Source: Selaginella moellendorffii (Eukaryota; Plantae; Lycopodiophyta). Taken from it: a stretch of DNA of 64,000 bases. Of this stretch, positions 21,130 through 35,637 are shown one piece after another; the first letter of the stretch is position 1, and each line of letters begins with the position of its first letter. The position numbers and the translations under genes are program-made. Below the pieces are notes generated by a model. That model ran no database searches. It had not been told where the DNA came from and worked only from the letters and a program-made list of their open reading frames with translations. The DNA lies in NCBI RefSeq assembly GCF_000143415.4, contig NW_003314277.1, positions 679,878 through 743,877 of the forward strand. The letters are read 5' to 3'.

Positions 21130-24100
21130 GGACCTTTTATTACACTCTCTTGTGCTACTAGAGTTAACTGGGCATTTTGAATGTAATTATATTGGACGAG
21201 CATAAAAATGGAATTCTTACATACTATTAGCTAAACATGCTTAGCCTGGTAAAGAGTTTCTATCTCATTGTATCTTGCATTGGCTAATGATAAACACTCC
21301 TACAATATTAAGTTTAATCCCTCAATATTCACTAAATAATAACTTATTATGTCCACTAAAACACCCTTGTTATCATACTGTGAGACATAAATACCTAAGC
21401 TCCAAAGTGGAGCCAAAAGTGTGTTATATATTAGTGGTTAAAGTAGGAGTTCACGAATATAACACATTTGGACCAAAAGTTTCAACTTGGGAAGTTAAGA
21501 ATGGGAGTGGAACTCCCAACAAAGTGCTTGAAGAAAGAGTACAAAGTGATTAATGAATTAGTCTCTAGTAAAGGGACACAAAAGGACCAATATATGGCAA
21601 ATGTTATGACACATAGAAGTGTCGGGACCAAGTTCGAGATGGAATTGGAGAAAGAGTCCAAAATAGAGTCTACAATAGAATCTAAGATGGAATCTGAAAT
21701 GGAGTCTGAAATGGAAATCGAGACCAAAACCAAGACCCATGTGGTGGGTGATGATATAACCATTGAGGAGTCCAATGTTAGAGTGAACACATAGGTAACT
21801 TGGTGAAGTGTTTAGAAATTGACTCTAACTCCCCCGAAAAATTAAATGGTTGATGCTCCCAATCCAAATATGGGTGGCATTACTTACTTGGATACTTGGT
21901 GTGGCTCATCAAAACCTCATTCTAGCCACTTGGCTAGTGCACCCAGAGGTGGAAAATGGGGGAGTACCCATGGGGCTTATATAGGGCCATGGTGTTTCGA
22001 AATGTTGTTTTAAATCCTAGACTGTGGAAAGGAAAATGAGTAGTCCTTTTGTATAGTTAGTAAGGGTATGGTCACGTGGTGAAGAAGTTTTAAAGGTGAA
22101 TATGGAACTTTAGGCCTTAATCCAACAGCAATGTTGGCAAGCACTACCATGGACGAAAAGGGACTTGGTGGGGATTGAAAGGATATTGGGGAAGGGTGTT
22201 CCCCATATCTCCAAAGGTGTGGTCATGGGATGACCATTTAGGGATGGATGGCCTTAGTATAGTGGGTTAATATATCAATGGTACCTTTCGGTGTTTATAG
22301 TGAAATTGGACATATGAAGAACTTAAACCAAGTGCAAAAGCAAAGGGGCATAGAGGCCATTTATGAGGCTAATAAGTCTCTAAGTCGAGAATAGAACTTA
22401 TGGAGGTTGTGATCCTCTAAATGGTTAAATGTGTAATTAAGTAACTAAAGTGGAATAGAAAAATTAGTTGTTTATATATGCTTCATATTTGGTCTTATTA
22501 GCTATTTATGAAAAGTGTTCAAATTTGTAAGTTGAGCATATCTACAGAATGTAGAGATTGTCCTGAATATGATGGTGTTTTTCTTGCATTCAAATTTGTA
22601 ATCTAACACTATTCTATATTTAATAAGTTTTTGTGATTATCCCAAAGACTAACTCATGGGATTGGTGGGATTTGAGTGAAAGTGTTTTGCTTGGGGGTGG
22701 GGGTCGGAGGGGGGTTTAAATGTATAGTAAGGATAGTAAGTATGTTGGGCATGGAAGATCAATCTAAAGTATAGTGTAATTTTTGTTTCCCGCTTGTGTG
22801 TTAGTCTTTATTCTACATCTGGCTTAGGTCCAAGCCTAAACTCCATACTCTACTAGTTAGTGGAATACCTATATCCTTATTGAAATAGCATTAGGTTTTG
22901 TTATGCGTATCGCATAATAAGATGGTAAATGCTTTAGGACTTTTCTAATATCACTCTATGCTCCTACCCTTCACTCCTTGGGTGTATGCTCGGGAGTTGT
23001 ACCATGCTTTGGTTCTTTCACTATTTGACTAAATGCTCAGAAGTTTAGCTCCATCCCTTTGTTTAGTGGCCCAAAATTTTGAAACTCAAGTTCCACTCTG
23101 TTGCTTTTGGCCCATGTGTTTAAGGGATGTTTCATTCTGTGGTTATTCTATAATTAATCACTATAGGGTAAAGGGTGAAAGTTACGTGCACTATATTTAG
23201 TATCAAAGAATGAGTCTCAACGAATACTATCCAATGTGAGTGGATAATTAATCTTATTATATACATAGAGATGATAATGATGACCTGAGTGGGTATACAT
23301 TTGGTCACTATGGCTTTGCATGCATCCCTTGGGTATAGAATTTAGTTACTTTTTCATACTAGATTATATAAGCTTTCGCTTGGGCTCAAAAAATAGATAT
23401 GAAATGTATCGTCTATATGAGTTTGAGCATAGGCTTATAAATGAGGCATATTAGAAACTTAAGGTTATGCTTTGAGTTGGCAAGATTAATGTTTGCCTAT
23501 CGATGGTTATCATGAGTTGTTTCAGATTACCATGGTTAAAACTAAACCTCCTATAAATTTGTTATGAGTGGTGAATAAACTAGTCCATATCTATTTAGCA
23601 TCACACTAGTGGATCCTTTCTAGGCATAATCATGAATAGATCAAATAAACTGTAGAGATAATCTATTAGTTCAAGTAGTCATTATTGTGCTCCCTCATAA
23701 ACTTTTCTTAGACTGGATCGAAGGCAATACAAATGCAAACTTGAGGCTTAGTCAAAATTTAGACCAAAAAGAAAATCATTAGGGACAAAAGATTAAATAT
23801 GTAAATCATCTTTTTTTTCTTCAAGAGATGATTTACAAGAAAGTGTGATCTTATTGCTAGTGTTCAAATTATGCAATTGGAAGTCTTCATTTAGATGTAT
23901 GTTAGTTATAATGGTCTTACAAGTGGTGAATTGTTAGTGGATAGTGATGAAGTGCTAAATCAATTGGTCCAGGCTTAATATTGAGCCTTGAGTTACAATC
24001 TCAATTCTTTTCTAAAGAATTTTACTATTATTCTTTAAGTACCTTGGTGTTTGATTAATTTTGAGTTTCATCAGAAAGAGGGTGACATAAATTTATCTAT

Positions 24101-24952
24101 ATTGTAAACAAAGTTGGTGGTATTAGGTATTATAAATCTCTTCGATGGAATATGGCATTTATATTACATTTTATAAAATTAAGTTGACACTTGATACTCA
24201 CATAAACCTTAGAGTACTGATATGGGTGTTATTTGTAATGTTACTCAATTGATGATAAGGTTATTGTGATGTTTATATCATATCTTAGTATTTATAAGGT
24301 ATGTGTTTATGAAATTGTTTGATCAAATAATGATCAACCCTAAAGTGGTTGATAAAGATGTTAGTCTACTTGCATATAGTAACATTGTAGCTAAGTTAAT
24401 GTTATCATATTGAAACTTGAAATTGATTGAAGAAGAGCGTTAATGCAATATGGATATTTGAAGATATGGTCATTGTCATTGAGTTTTGGGTATTCATTTT
24501 AGCATTTACGGATATTGGTGTTGGATGTCAGTTATGTGGGTATATGTTGAATGCTTATACATGTTGTTGAGTCATAAGAATTTATGTTAAAGTGAACCAA
24601 GTTGCAGATAGGAAAAAGTTAGTTGAGTCTTAAAAGTTTACATTTCTAGATTGAGAGTTATTTTTTGTCTAGGATGGAAAACTTTCTATAAAGTTTCTTA
24701 GATTTTTCTAATGGTTGATTTGTTAATCATTTTGCCCGAAAACCATTTTATTTTTAATAGCCATTACAAATTGGTGAAGTGGTTTAAATTAACTTTGGTT
24801 AACTTACAGCTTAATTGGTAATTTGTATGATGCAACTAAAAGGAATGCTAACTTTTAAGGTTAAGACAATTGAATTTGGAGTTGCCATAGAAAATTAGCT
24901 GTTGTGCTTTCTTAAAGAGGTGACCCTTCTATTTTTCTTCTGTAGCATCATG
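21130..24952 (+). mobile_element. Old family-B LARD-like element: 5' LTR (to about 23194), degenerate PBS and non-coding internal region
   Basis: Reverse-complement homology to LTR 48983-50136 and internal region 46900-48980. PBS relic TTTAGTATCAAAG near 23196. Confidence 0.7.
21379..22476 (+). mobile_element. Old family-A solo LTR inserted in a family-B LTR
   Basis: Starts TGTGAGACA and is the reverse complement of the family-A LTR. The flanks CATAC and TATGC can both derive from a CATGC TSD by transitions. Confidence 0.75.
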
Positions 24953-25854
24953 TGTTGCAAATGTGACTTTAGGTACTTGTTAGCCAGTCTTTACAAACAC
25001 TCTTTCCTTACTGCCATGACGGCAAAAGGTCGGTACAGTTGGTTCCCTCTATCGTTCCCACTTAAGCTAGTTGAGAAATTGGTTAATGACTGTGTACTTA
25101 AATTGGATAAACATAAGGTAGAACCCTATGTGTTTTTTGTTAAGTATACTCGGCCTAGTTTGAGAAACTCCTGTCATTGGCTTGCACTTGCTAGTATCAA
25201 GAACCCCTGCGTATCGAGACTAGTCCCTCAATATCGCTGAATGATAGCTTACTATATTTGCCAAACACCTTTGCTATCATGCTTTTTATGTTGGTCTTGT
25301 TTCAATTCCAAATGCTATTTATGGAAAGTGTCTAGATTCGCTCATTTGGCATATCTACGGAATGTAGAGGTCGGCCTGAACATAATGGTGTTCGTCCTGT
25401 GCCCAAATTTGCAATCTAAGGCCATTCTAAATTTAGTAAGTTTCAAACTTGTCCCAAAGATTAACTCCTGGTACTAAGGGAGGCTTGGGGTGAAAGCCCA
25501 AAGCGTGTGTTCCTCAACATGGGGGGGCTATGGGGGGTTCCAAATGTATAGTAGGGATAGTGGTTGGAATGCATGTCTGACCACTTGAGACATTAGTTTG
25601 GCTCCCACTAGGCTGTGTCGTTCCTTGTTCTGCGTTTGGCTTGGGTCTAAACCCAAGTCCCACATTACTTTAGTCGGTAGGGTACCCTCCTCTTCGCGTT
25701 AGGCCACTGGTATGCCAAAATTGTGCCAGACTCCGTCTGACACCATTTTGCATGCAGGTGCTGGATATGGGGAGCTGGTGTTCGTGGGATTGTACCGGAC
25801 TCTTTTTGTAGTGCAACGGGCTTGGAGTTCGGCTCCAAATTCAGGTGCGTTACA
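24953..25854 (+). mobile_element. 5' LTR of gypsy element (family C), followed by tRNA-iMet PBS at 25857-25867
   Basis: TGTTGCAAATGTGAC...GCGTTACA, then TGGTATCAGAG. Its 5' part is homologous to family-B LTRs. Confidence 0.85.
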
Positions 25855-26027
25855 TTTGGTATCAGAGGAATTGTCTTAACAATTCCTATTCAACTTTTGT
25901 CAGATTTTCTGACTCAAGTTGCATATGCAGAGACTTTTCTAGTAGATCCGACGCGACTTGTGTAGGATTAGTTGGATTGCACCATTCGGTAAGAACGTTG
26001 TAAGCATGTTCAGTTACTGATAGAGAT

Positions 26028-27912
26028 ATGCATGCAGCTAGCGGGATGGTGAAAAGGAACTGTGTTGATAACGCTACAACCTCTAGACGGGCGAATCGAG
26101 AGGAGGAAACTCCTGCTAGAGATGCTGCAGAAGAGGCTGAGGCCGAGTTAGAAGAGGAAGAGCCAGATGCTGTGGCGTTGCAGCATATGGCTCAGGAAAT
26201 TGAGATCAAGAATTTGCGAAGGGAGATTCGCAAATTGAAGAAGGAGAATAAGAAGAGGAAGAAAGAAGCTGAGGTAGCTAAACCAGCTAAGCCTAAGCAA
26301 CCAGAATCCTTTTCAAGTTCTGAGGATGATGAAGTTTTGCAGCCGCCCACGGTTGCACGAGTTTCAAAGTTCAAGCCTCCGAAACCACCCAATTTCAGAG
26401 GCATGCGGGACTATCAGGTTTTGGAAGACTGGGTCTATGATATGGAAAACTATTTCATAACGGCAGGCGTAGATGATTGTATGAAAGTTGCGTGCGCGCA
26501 ATCCTTTCTCACTGATCATGCCAAAACTTGGTGGTGCCAGGTGTGTGCTGAAAAAAGGCAGACTAGAAGTTGGACCAAGATGTGGTCTCATATCCGTAAG
26601 GAATACTTGGCGGATGATCTTGGTTTGAGACTTTGCGTGGAGCTGTGGCGGTTAAAGTAACGAGGGGATCTCATGCATTACGTTAATGCGTTTGCTCAGA
26701 AGCGCATTATGATTGCAAATATAAGTGACAAAGATGCTCGAATTTATTTCCTGGAAGGTTTAAGTTCACTTTCTCACAATGAGATTTTGAAGTTTAAGCC
26801 AAAGATGTACCTGGAGTGTAAGGAGGCAGTGCAACAAGTTGCCTTTAGTCACTCACTCATGGAACAATATCAGCAACCGTATGCTGGTAACTTGGACAAG
26901 AATAAAAATTCTGGGAATAAACAAGGTGACTGGAAACAGAGGGTGGAAGGTAGGTTCTGCCCTGGAGGCTCACAAACAACAGTTAACAAAGGTGGTGGTG
27001 GTTGAAGACCACCAGCAGCTTCTTCTGGTCCTAGGCCCTTTGTTCCTCCTCCTGGTGGGTACAAGCAGCAGCATCTTGCGAAACCTGCTCCTAGCGGAAC
27101 AAGTAGTGTGGGTCATTACTTTCATTGTGGAGAGTCAGGATATAAGTCCTCGGAATGTCCCAACAAACATAAGACAAGGTCTCATGTTAATGTCATGAGG
27201 GAAGATGGTGGTGGTGAAGCTGAGGGGGTTGACGAGTTGGTCAATGAAGACTATGAGGAAGAGGAGGTGAGTTACTTTCGTTGCTTTCCTCAAGCTTTTC
27301 TAGCAGTCAATGCAAACACTGATCTGTTGATGTATTTGGTAGGATTTGTCTGTAGACACCGAATCCGAGTGATGATTGATACGGGAGCTACGCACAATGT
27401 GATATCCAAAGACTTAGTTAAGTTGTTAGGATTGAATGCTGAGCAAATGTCGCCTATGCACTTCCAGTTTGCGGAAGATGGGCAAGTAGCCAGAAAGTTT
27501 GTGAGTGACGTTCCAATAAAGATATCCAAGTGGAAAGAAAGAGTGGACTTGGTAGTGTTGAAAATACCAGATTTTCATATGGTGTTTGGTATGGATTTCT
27601 TCAACAAGTATATAAAGGGGATTTATGGTGCTAGACAAAGTCGTATTACGTTGAAGTCAGAAGGACGTCCCAATGTGTCCTTCCAGTTGCAAAAGTGTTC
27701 CTCAAAGGATTGGGATGCTAAGTTCCAGACTGCGAGAGCCGCTCAAAAAGTAGCTAAGAAGGGATATCAGACCTTTTGGGTTCAAGTGATGGAAGCTGAG
27801 AGTGTTGGTGACTCAGTTCGAATCAGTGACGAGGTTGATCCTATATCAAAGAAGATATTGGAGTTGTTGGTGTAGAATCAGGATATCTTCTCGAAGGATT
27901 TGCCATCAAGGC
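26028..27912 (+). pseudogene. Gypsy gag, zinc knuckle and aspartic protease (premature stops); RT start truncated
   Basis: KPPKPPNFRG..D..VLEDW...MENYF, AKTWW, degenerate knuckle YFHCGESGYKSSECP, protease VMIDTGATHNVI and FGMDF, then DIFSKDLPS. Confidence 0.9.
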
Positions 27913-27962
27913 TGTCGCGAATGTGACTTCGAGTATCGAAAGTTACTTGTCGGCCAGTCCTT
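27913..27962 (+). mobile_element. Start of a family-B/C LTR interrupting pol
   Basis: TGTCGCGAATGTGACTTCGAGTATCGAAAGTTAC is the reverse complement of the LTR end at 50100-50136. Confidence 0.7.
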
Positions 27963-28179
27963 AGGGCGGGGTTCCATGCTCCACCCTGGGGGGAAAATTT
28001 CCAAGGGGGAGAAATAAAACCCTAGGTTCCATGCCCCCCCTCTTGTGACATGGCACCAAAAATGGGGGGGAAGGGGGAAACTCGGTGTCCCCTCTGTAAA
28101 TTTCTCTTGGAGCCTAGAATCTGGTAACAAATAAAATAATGCCACGTGGCTAAATTGCCACATCATCTAAAAATTTGAC

Positions 28180-29540
28180 TTGCCCTAATTTTGCTGCCAT
28201 GTGAACGAGCAACGATTGAAAGATTCTTCCTCCAATTGGAATGGTCATCCTCATCATCCTTATGCTATAAAGTTTGCAACTTTTTAGTATCTAACTTACC
28301 ATCAGTAGAATAGTGGCCATTCTTTTTACCCTAATGCTTGTTCTTCAACTGTGGACAATTAACCTTATAGTGTCCAAACTCGCTGTAATGATGACAACTT
28401 TATCTATAATTCTTTATAAAGAACTTCTGCTTCTTTGCCCTTTACATTAGAGGTAGCCATCATAGACTTTAGCTTGTGATGTTTGTTCCCATCCTTGTGT
28501 TCACAACGATCATCATGACCATTCGCGACAGAAAGACTCCTTGAACGTTTGCGAGATTTGTGCTTGTCATTGTCAAGTCAACAAACCACATCAAAGAGCT
28601 CCTTCAAACTTTTTGTAGGTTGAGAATGATGCAAGTGTTGCCACATGCTCTCACTATAAAGGCTATCAATGAAGTAGGACTTATTCTTATCTAGATCCTT
28701 TGTTGGAACACGGCTAATCAAGAGAGTAAGCTTCTCAATATAGTCCCTGAGTGTCATTTTCCCTTGCTAAAAATGTCAAAATTCTATACGAACATTTTTC
28801 ATATCGTAGTGAGGGGAAAAACATAAATGAAAAGTAGCCTCAAACTCATCTATGGAAGACACTGGTGGTTTCTTATCCAAACACGAAACTCCTTAAGCCA
28901 ATTCCTCTACCGAAGACCTACATCACGCAAAACCATTAGAATAACCACTAAAGTCTCTACATCTAGAGTTCCTCTAGTAGCCAAACACTTCTTTACATTG
29001 GCTAGCCAAGATAGACACTCGTCCACACCACCATCACTAAAAAAGTTTGGAACTTTGAGTTGATCTACCAAAAAAGGCTTACTTAGAGTTCCATCACATC
29101 TAGCCTTGAGTGCTTCAATACGCTCACACATGGTATCCATCATGCCATGCATTTCATCTTGCATCTCATCTTGCATCTCTTACTGATTTTGATTAAAGGT
29201 TTGCAACTCATGAACAACATCCTAAATGGTCCAAACCTCTGTAGTTCTATCAGCACCATCATCAGCACCACTATCGACAATAGGATTCTAACGTTTAGCT
29301 TGGTTGGCCACCGCAATCAACTTCTTTAATACCAATGTTATGATCCGGTGTGAAAAGATAAAAATTTAATCTCCCTAAACTATGTTATGCCTCCTCTTGA
29401 GGTTCCTCACCACCCAACCACCCCCGAGCTACCTCAAAAACCCCATTGTGAACTCTAGGGTAGGTTAATTTCTTTACCCTAACATGCCTTAATATACCCT
29501 TGATCAACATTGACCACATGGTCAAAGCTGGCGCCTAACA
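28180..29540 (-). mobile_element. Truncated gypsy element: short 5' LTR (29336-29540), PBS relic and degenerate gag with zinc knuckle
   Basis: LTR TGTTAGGCGCC...GGATCATAACA on the minus strand, then TTGGTATTAAAG. Gag KPFLVDQLKVPNFFSDGGVDE and knuckle-like CHHYSEFGHYKVNC near 28355-28400. Confidence 0.8.
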
Positions 29541-29609
29541 TAACTAATGTCTAATATATGAAGGTTTTTATGAAATCAATGCGAGACGAAGTAAAAAATA
29601 ACTAGGACT

Positions 29610-32600
29610 ATTCCAATGTTGCTCCATACTCTTATCCTTGAACTCCTTAGTTATATGCTTAACAATTGTCTATACTCCAGTTCTTTCACTCCTTGGCTAG
29701 ATGCTCAAAAGTTTGGCTTTGTCCTTTTATTTAGTAGCCTAAGGCCCTAAAACTCAAGTTTCACTTCGTTGTTCTTAGCCTACGTGTCCAAGGGCTATAT
29801 TTCGCTCCATATTTATCATATGATGAAAACCATGTGTGCTACATTTAGCGATTATTATCTAATAAGATTCGGCAACTAATCTTATTATATACACAAAGAT
29901 AAAAACAATGACTTGAGTGGGTACACATTTAATTGCTATGGCTTTGTATGCATCCCTTGGGTATAGAATTTAGTTACCTTTTCATACTAAATTATATGAG
30001 CTTTTGCTTGGGCTCATAAAATGGATGTGAAATGTACTGTTTGCATAAGTTTACATTTAGGCTCGTAAATGAGGCACATTAGCAACTTAAGGTTATACTT
30101 TGAGTTAGCAAGATTAATATTTGTCTATTGATGGTTATTATCAGTTATTCCATATTACCATAGGTAAAAATTAATTCCTCTAGGTTTGCTATGAGTTGTG
30201 AATAAGTTGGTCCATATTTGTTTAGCATAACATTAGTGGATCTTTCATAGGCATGATTATGAATGGATTAATTAAGACTATAGGGATTAGTCTATTGGTT
30301 CAAATAATCATTATCATCCCCTCTTATAAACCTTTTTTAGACTGGATTGAAAGCAGTGCAAACATAAGCTTGAGGCTTACTCAAAGTTTAGACTAAAAAG
30401 AAACTCATCAAAGATGAAGGATCAAATATATAAATCATTTTTTCTTCGTCAAGAAATTATTTGTGTAGTGCACATGAATTTGGAGCTAAACTCCAAGCCC
30501 ATTGCACCATGAAACAAGGGTCTAGTATGCACTTAATATCCCCTACGAGCACTAGCTCCCTATATTTAGCTCTTGCATGCAAAATGGTGGCAAATAGTGT
30601 TTAGCACAATTTTGGCATATTGATGGCTTAACATGAGGAGGAGGATACCCCACTGACTAAAGCAATATAGAGCTTGGGCTTAGACCTAAGCCAAACACAA
30701 AACAAGGAGCAACATTGCCCAAGGGGAGCTAAACTAATATCTCAAATTTAACAACTATCCCTACTATATATTTGGAACACCCTATAACTCCTCACCGCCC
30801 CCCCCTCCCCCCCTCCTCCCCCTGCCCTACCCCGCCCTACCCCGCCCTCTCTGTATGAGGAACACACACTTTAGGCTTTTACCGTAGTGTCAGGAGTTAG
30901 TCTCTGGGATAAGCTTAAAACTTACTAAATAGAGAATGACTAGATTGCGAATTGGGGCGCGAGAATAATATCATGGGGTTCAAGGCACTCTTTACATTCT
31001 ATAGATATGCCTTTTGAGTAAATTTAGACATTTACTATAAATAATATATGGATCTGGAACGGGACCAATACATGGGGTATGATAACGAGGGTATCTAGTA
31101 GAAATAGTAAGTTATCATGTAGCAATGTTGAGGGACTAAACTCAATATCGTGAATGTTCCCAACATTAGCAAGTGCAAGTCAACAAATGAATTTCTCTAA
31201 CCAAGTCAAGTATACTTAACTAATAGCATTTATGAATTTTGTACTTATGCTCATCTAGTCAACTACATAAGCAATGATTAGTTTCTTAACTAGTTTAGCC
31301 AAATCATAAACACTATCTGCATCAAGACTAATGAAACTTGATATCAATACTATGGAGAGACATTTTATCCTACTCGAATCTTCAACAACAATAATGCCAA
31401 TGACAAGATATCATTTCAATGCCATTAACACTATAACACAGCTAAAAGAAAGCAAAAGTGAATCACCATTTAAAGCTCTTTAGCAACTACACTAATTGAA
31501 ATTGAAGATACCTTACTCAATATCTAAGACTAATTCTTTAACAATACTCAGCTACAGATAACACTTTATCAAAGAGTGAATTACCACATCCAAAACTCAA
31601 TAAAATCCAACACTACGAACTAAATACAACCAAATGATATCGACAAAGGTAAAGTTGATATGCTAATATGAAAAACCCATGTAAATTTAATAACACAATC
31701 CTTTGCAACACCATCCAGTAAAACAAGCCCATCACTAATAAATTTTCATCAAATGAAGCAAATGTCAAAAATCTTTGACAAGTATATTAGTTGCAAAGCA
31801 ACCAACAATCACTCTTCAACTTGCCTTTCACAAGATCCAAACACTAAGCTTTTGTTATCGAGTTATATATTTGTCCAAGATAAACATAATACCCCAAGTA
31901 CGAAATATAGGTTCATGGACAAGCATGAACTAAATGACCACTCAAATCCAACTCAACTGTAATAAGCTCACTACATGTCTAGCCAATAGCTCTAAGCATG
32001 CCTTAAAGAGGCTAGTTATGCATGATTAACACTTAGTCGAAACTAAAGTGAAGACCATGAGATGGACTTATATTAGTACACAACCTCTTCATAAACAAAG
32101 TTATAGTATGGGTATTAATATCCCAACCTCAAACAACTAAATTAGACATTATTATCCTCAACCAAAGTGTAAGGCCACCAAGACTAAGTTAGGATCAATG
32201 AGAGCTCACTACTCTCATAGAGTTTAATAAAATACAAAGTGCAACTTGCTACCAAGCATAATGCTATAAATAAAAGGCATAATGGTCACCTTTCTAGAAA
32301 AGTGGAATAATCACTTTTCTAAACCCAACTTCAGACTCTGTCCAACTCAATTGCTTTAGCCATAAATCAACATCCCTTTCGGACTACATCATACAAATTA
32401 CATACTAAGGTTTAAGCTAATCGAAGTCAACTCTAACCCTTCATTAATTTGTATTGGCTTATGAAAATGGAATGGATTTTGAGCAAAATGATCAATAGAT
32501 AAGCCATTAGAAAATTCTAAGAAAATTTGTGGAAAAATTTCCATCCTAGAAAAAGAATAATTCTATATCTAGAAATAAAAACTTTCAAGACTCAACCAAC

Positions 32601-33676
32601 TTCTTCCTACTAACAACTTCATATAGGTTCACTTTAACATAAATTTTCAAGACCCAATAGTATGTCTAAACATTGAACATCATGTCCATATTTTTGACAT
32701 CTAACACCAACATCTGTAAAATGCAAAATGAACATTTAAGGTTTGATCACAAAGACCATATCTTCAAATATCCACATTTTATTAACACTCTTCTTCAATC
32801 ACTTTCAAGATCTAATGTGAAGCCAAAACACTAATAAAAAAAATGACATAAAAAATTAAGATCTAAAGAAAATCCCTCATCACTTAAAACAATAATGCCA
32901 GTTCCACTAACACAAGTGCTAGCAATGTTAATGCCTACCCTTTTCCATCCAACAATTTATTCTAAGTGCTAATAGATAAACCAACAAGCCATAATAAATG
33001 AATGCTACAACTTTTTTCCATCACCTTATGGGCAAACTCTTAAGGAAACAAAGTACTAACTCAAGTTTAGCATAATGAATCACTATAGAGAATTTATTCA
33101 AAGCTACTACAATCCTACTATGTGCAAGTAGACTAACCTCATCATCAACCACTTTGGGGTTGATCATCATTTAACCAAGCAACTTCGTAATCACATAGCT
33201 CATTATCACATGGATATAATATAAAATCACAATGACTTGATCATTAATTGACCAACACTACGAGTAATGCCCATATTATTACTTCAAAGGTTTATGTGAA
33301 TATTAAGTGCTAACTCAATTTGATAAAATGCAACATAAATGCCACACTCCATCAATAAATATTTACAACACTTAACACCATTCACTTTTGCTCACAACAC
33401 AGACAAGTTTATGCCACTGTTTTTCCAACCAAATTCAAAATTAATCCAATACTAAACTACTTAAGGAGCAATAGCAAAGTTCCCTGGAAAAGAATTGAGC
33501 ATTGTAATTTAAGTCTTCAATAATAAATTTAGACAAAATGGTTTAGCGCTTCACCATTATCTATCCCACAACTCACCATTTGTAAGACCATCACTTCCAA
33601 CATGTATCAAGGTAGGGACTTCTTAATTGCATGATGTATACATAAGCAATGAGTTACATCTCATTGCAAATAATCT
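29610..33676. mobile_element. Rearranged family-B/C relics: B LTR end and internal (+, 29610-30463), C LTR (-, about 30464-31270), B internal (-, about 31300-33676)
   Basis: Visual homology to 48300-49300, 24953-25854 and 45960-48330 respectively. Confidence 0.7.
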
Positions 33677-34802
33677 TGTAAGCGACTAAATTTTCCATTC
33701 TACTTTAGCCACTTAACCACACCTCTGACCACTTGGAGGAGTCTCATTCACAACCTCCATAAGTCCAATCCAGGACTTGGGACTTGCTAGCCCCGAGAAT
33801 GGCATCCATGCCACTCAACATTTGCACTTGGTCCAAGTGCCCCACGTGTCCGATCCCATGACCGACACTCAAAGGTACCACTGACATAGCAGCCCGTTAC
33901 GCTAAGGCCATGCCCAATCACCTTTGCCACACTGGTAGTCCAATACCACTTGCATCACCGTCTTGGCTCTCCAAGACTAGGCAAACCATCCGTGAGTGGT
34001 CATCTCAGATCCACTCCTTAGCATCCTTAGGATGCCCACCGACGAGGGGAATAGCCTTCCCCAATATCCCTCTGTCAGTCCCCACTAAGTCCCTTTCTGC
34101 CCCTGACCGTGTTTGCCAACACTGCCACTGGATCGAGACCCACAGGCCCGACCACTAAGTCCCACGGTCCTCTGGGACTTCCTCACCACACTACTGTGTC
34201 CTTGGTCACTACCCCAGAGGACTGCTCCTCTTCCTTTCCACAGTCTGGGCCTTTGGGACAACATTTCGGAACACCGTGGCCTTACGCGAGCCACCTGGGT
34301 ACTCTCCTCGCCTTCTGCCCTTGGGTGCTCTAGCCATGGGCTTAGAGCGGGTTCCGTTGAGCCACGCCTGGTATCCAAGTAGGTAGTGCCACCCACACTT
34401 GGACTGGGAGCATCGGCCAGTCGATCTCCCGGGGGAACTAGAGCCGGCTCTTGAACACTTCACCAAGCTACCCCGCTTGTCGGTCCGTGTTCACTCTAGT
34501 CTTGGACTTCCCAGTGGTCAGCTCATCACCCAACACTGGGTCTGGCCTTCCTGGACCCAACTGGCCCTTCCTGGGCCAAACTGGCCCTTCCTGGCCCAAC
34601 TGGCTCCACTGGGCTCCAACCCCCATACTCTCCCTACTATACTTTTGGAACCCCCCGCAGCCCCCCCCCCCTGGGAGACGCACGCTTTGGGCTTTCACCC
34701 CTTGACCCGTATTAGTATTTGGACTTAGTCTCTGGCTCGATCTCGGATCCGATTTCGGATCCGACTTCGGATTCGGTCTCGGACTTGATCTCAGTCCCGG
34801 TT

Positions 34803-35172
34803 CCATCTTGGACTCCATCTCGGGTCCATCTCGGACTCCATCTCGGACTCCATCTCGGGTCCATCTCGGACTCCATCTCGGACTCCATCTCGGGTCCATC
34901 TCGGACTCCATCTCGGACTCCATCTCGGGTCATCTCGGACTCCATCTCGGGTCCATCTCGGACTCCATCTCGGACTCCATTTCGGGTCCATCTCGGGTCC
35001 ACCTCGGACTCCATCTCGGACTCCATCTCGGGTCCATTTCGGACTCCATCTCGGGTCCATCTCGGACTCCATCTCGGACTCCATTTCGGGTCCATCTCGG
35101 GTCCACCTCGGACTCCATCTCGGACTCCATCTCGGGTCCATCTCGGACTCCATCTCGGGTCCATCTCGGACT
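34803..35172. repeat. 11/12-bp minisatellite (ACTCCATCTCGG / GTCCATCTCGG) within family-A LTR
   Basis: Directly visible. Counterparts at about 40385-40838, 43365-43740 and 51655-51700. Confidence 0.95.
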
Positions 35173-35512
35173 CTTCCACGTGTCATGTGTTGGTCCTTTT
35201 GGGTCCCTTTTTGGAGCCTCGCTTTTTGCTCGCTTTGTGCTCGTTCCTCGAGCACTTCGTTGGGAGTTCCACTCCCGCTCTTGACTTTTCAAGTCGGAGC
35301 TTTTGGTCCAAACGTGTTACGCTCGTTTGGCTCTCGCTTCGGCCACTACCACGTGGCACCCTTCCGGCTCCACTTTGGGGCCTAGGGGTTTTGTGTCTCA
35401 CAACTCCACCACCCATAGACGAAGTTCGATGTCCTCATCGAACGGTAAATCATTTTGTAAAGTAACACTCGCATGTGTTACCATTTCCATCCTTGGCACC
35501 TAGCCAATATTT

Positions 35513-35637
35513 GTCAATGATTTGATATTGAAGGCTCACCATGCCTTCTCCACATTCGTCAATGGTTTGACATTGAAGGCTCACCATGCCTTTTGCATAT
35601 GCCTCAATGGTTTGACACCAAAGGCTCACCATGCCTT
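35513..35637. repeat. About three copies of a roughly 42-bp repeat in the family-A 3' internal region
   Basis: TCAATG.TTTGA.A...AAGGCTCACCATGCCTT repeated three times. Confidence 0.8.

Noticed and set aside
27963-28180. Possible Harbinger-like DNA transposon end (TTA|GGGCGGGGTTCCATG)
   Set aside because: No partner TIR or second TSD was found in the window.
34468-35465. Long Ser/Pro/Arg-rich ORFs on both strands (also 40051-41092 and 42950-43992)
   Set aside because: They arise from the stop-free 11/12-bp minisatellite inside LTRs, are open in most frames and have no domain signal.
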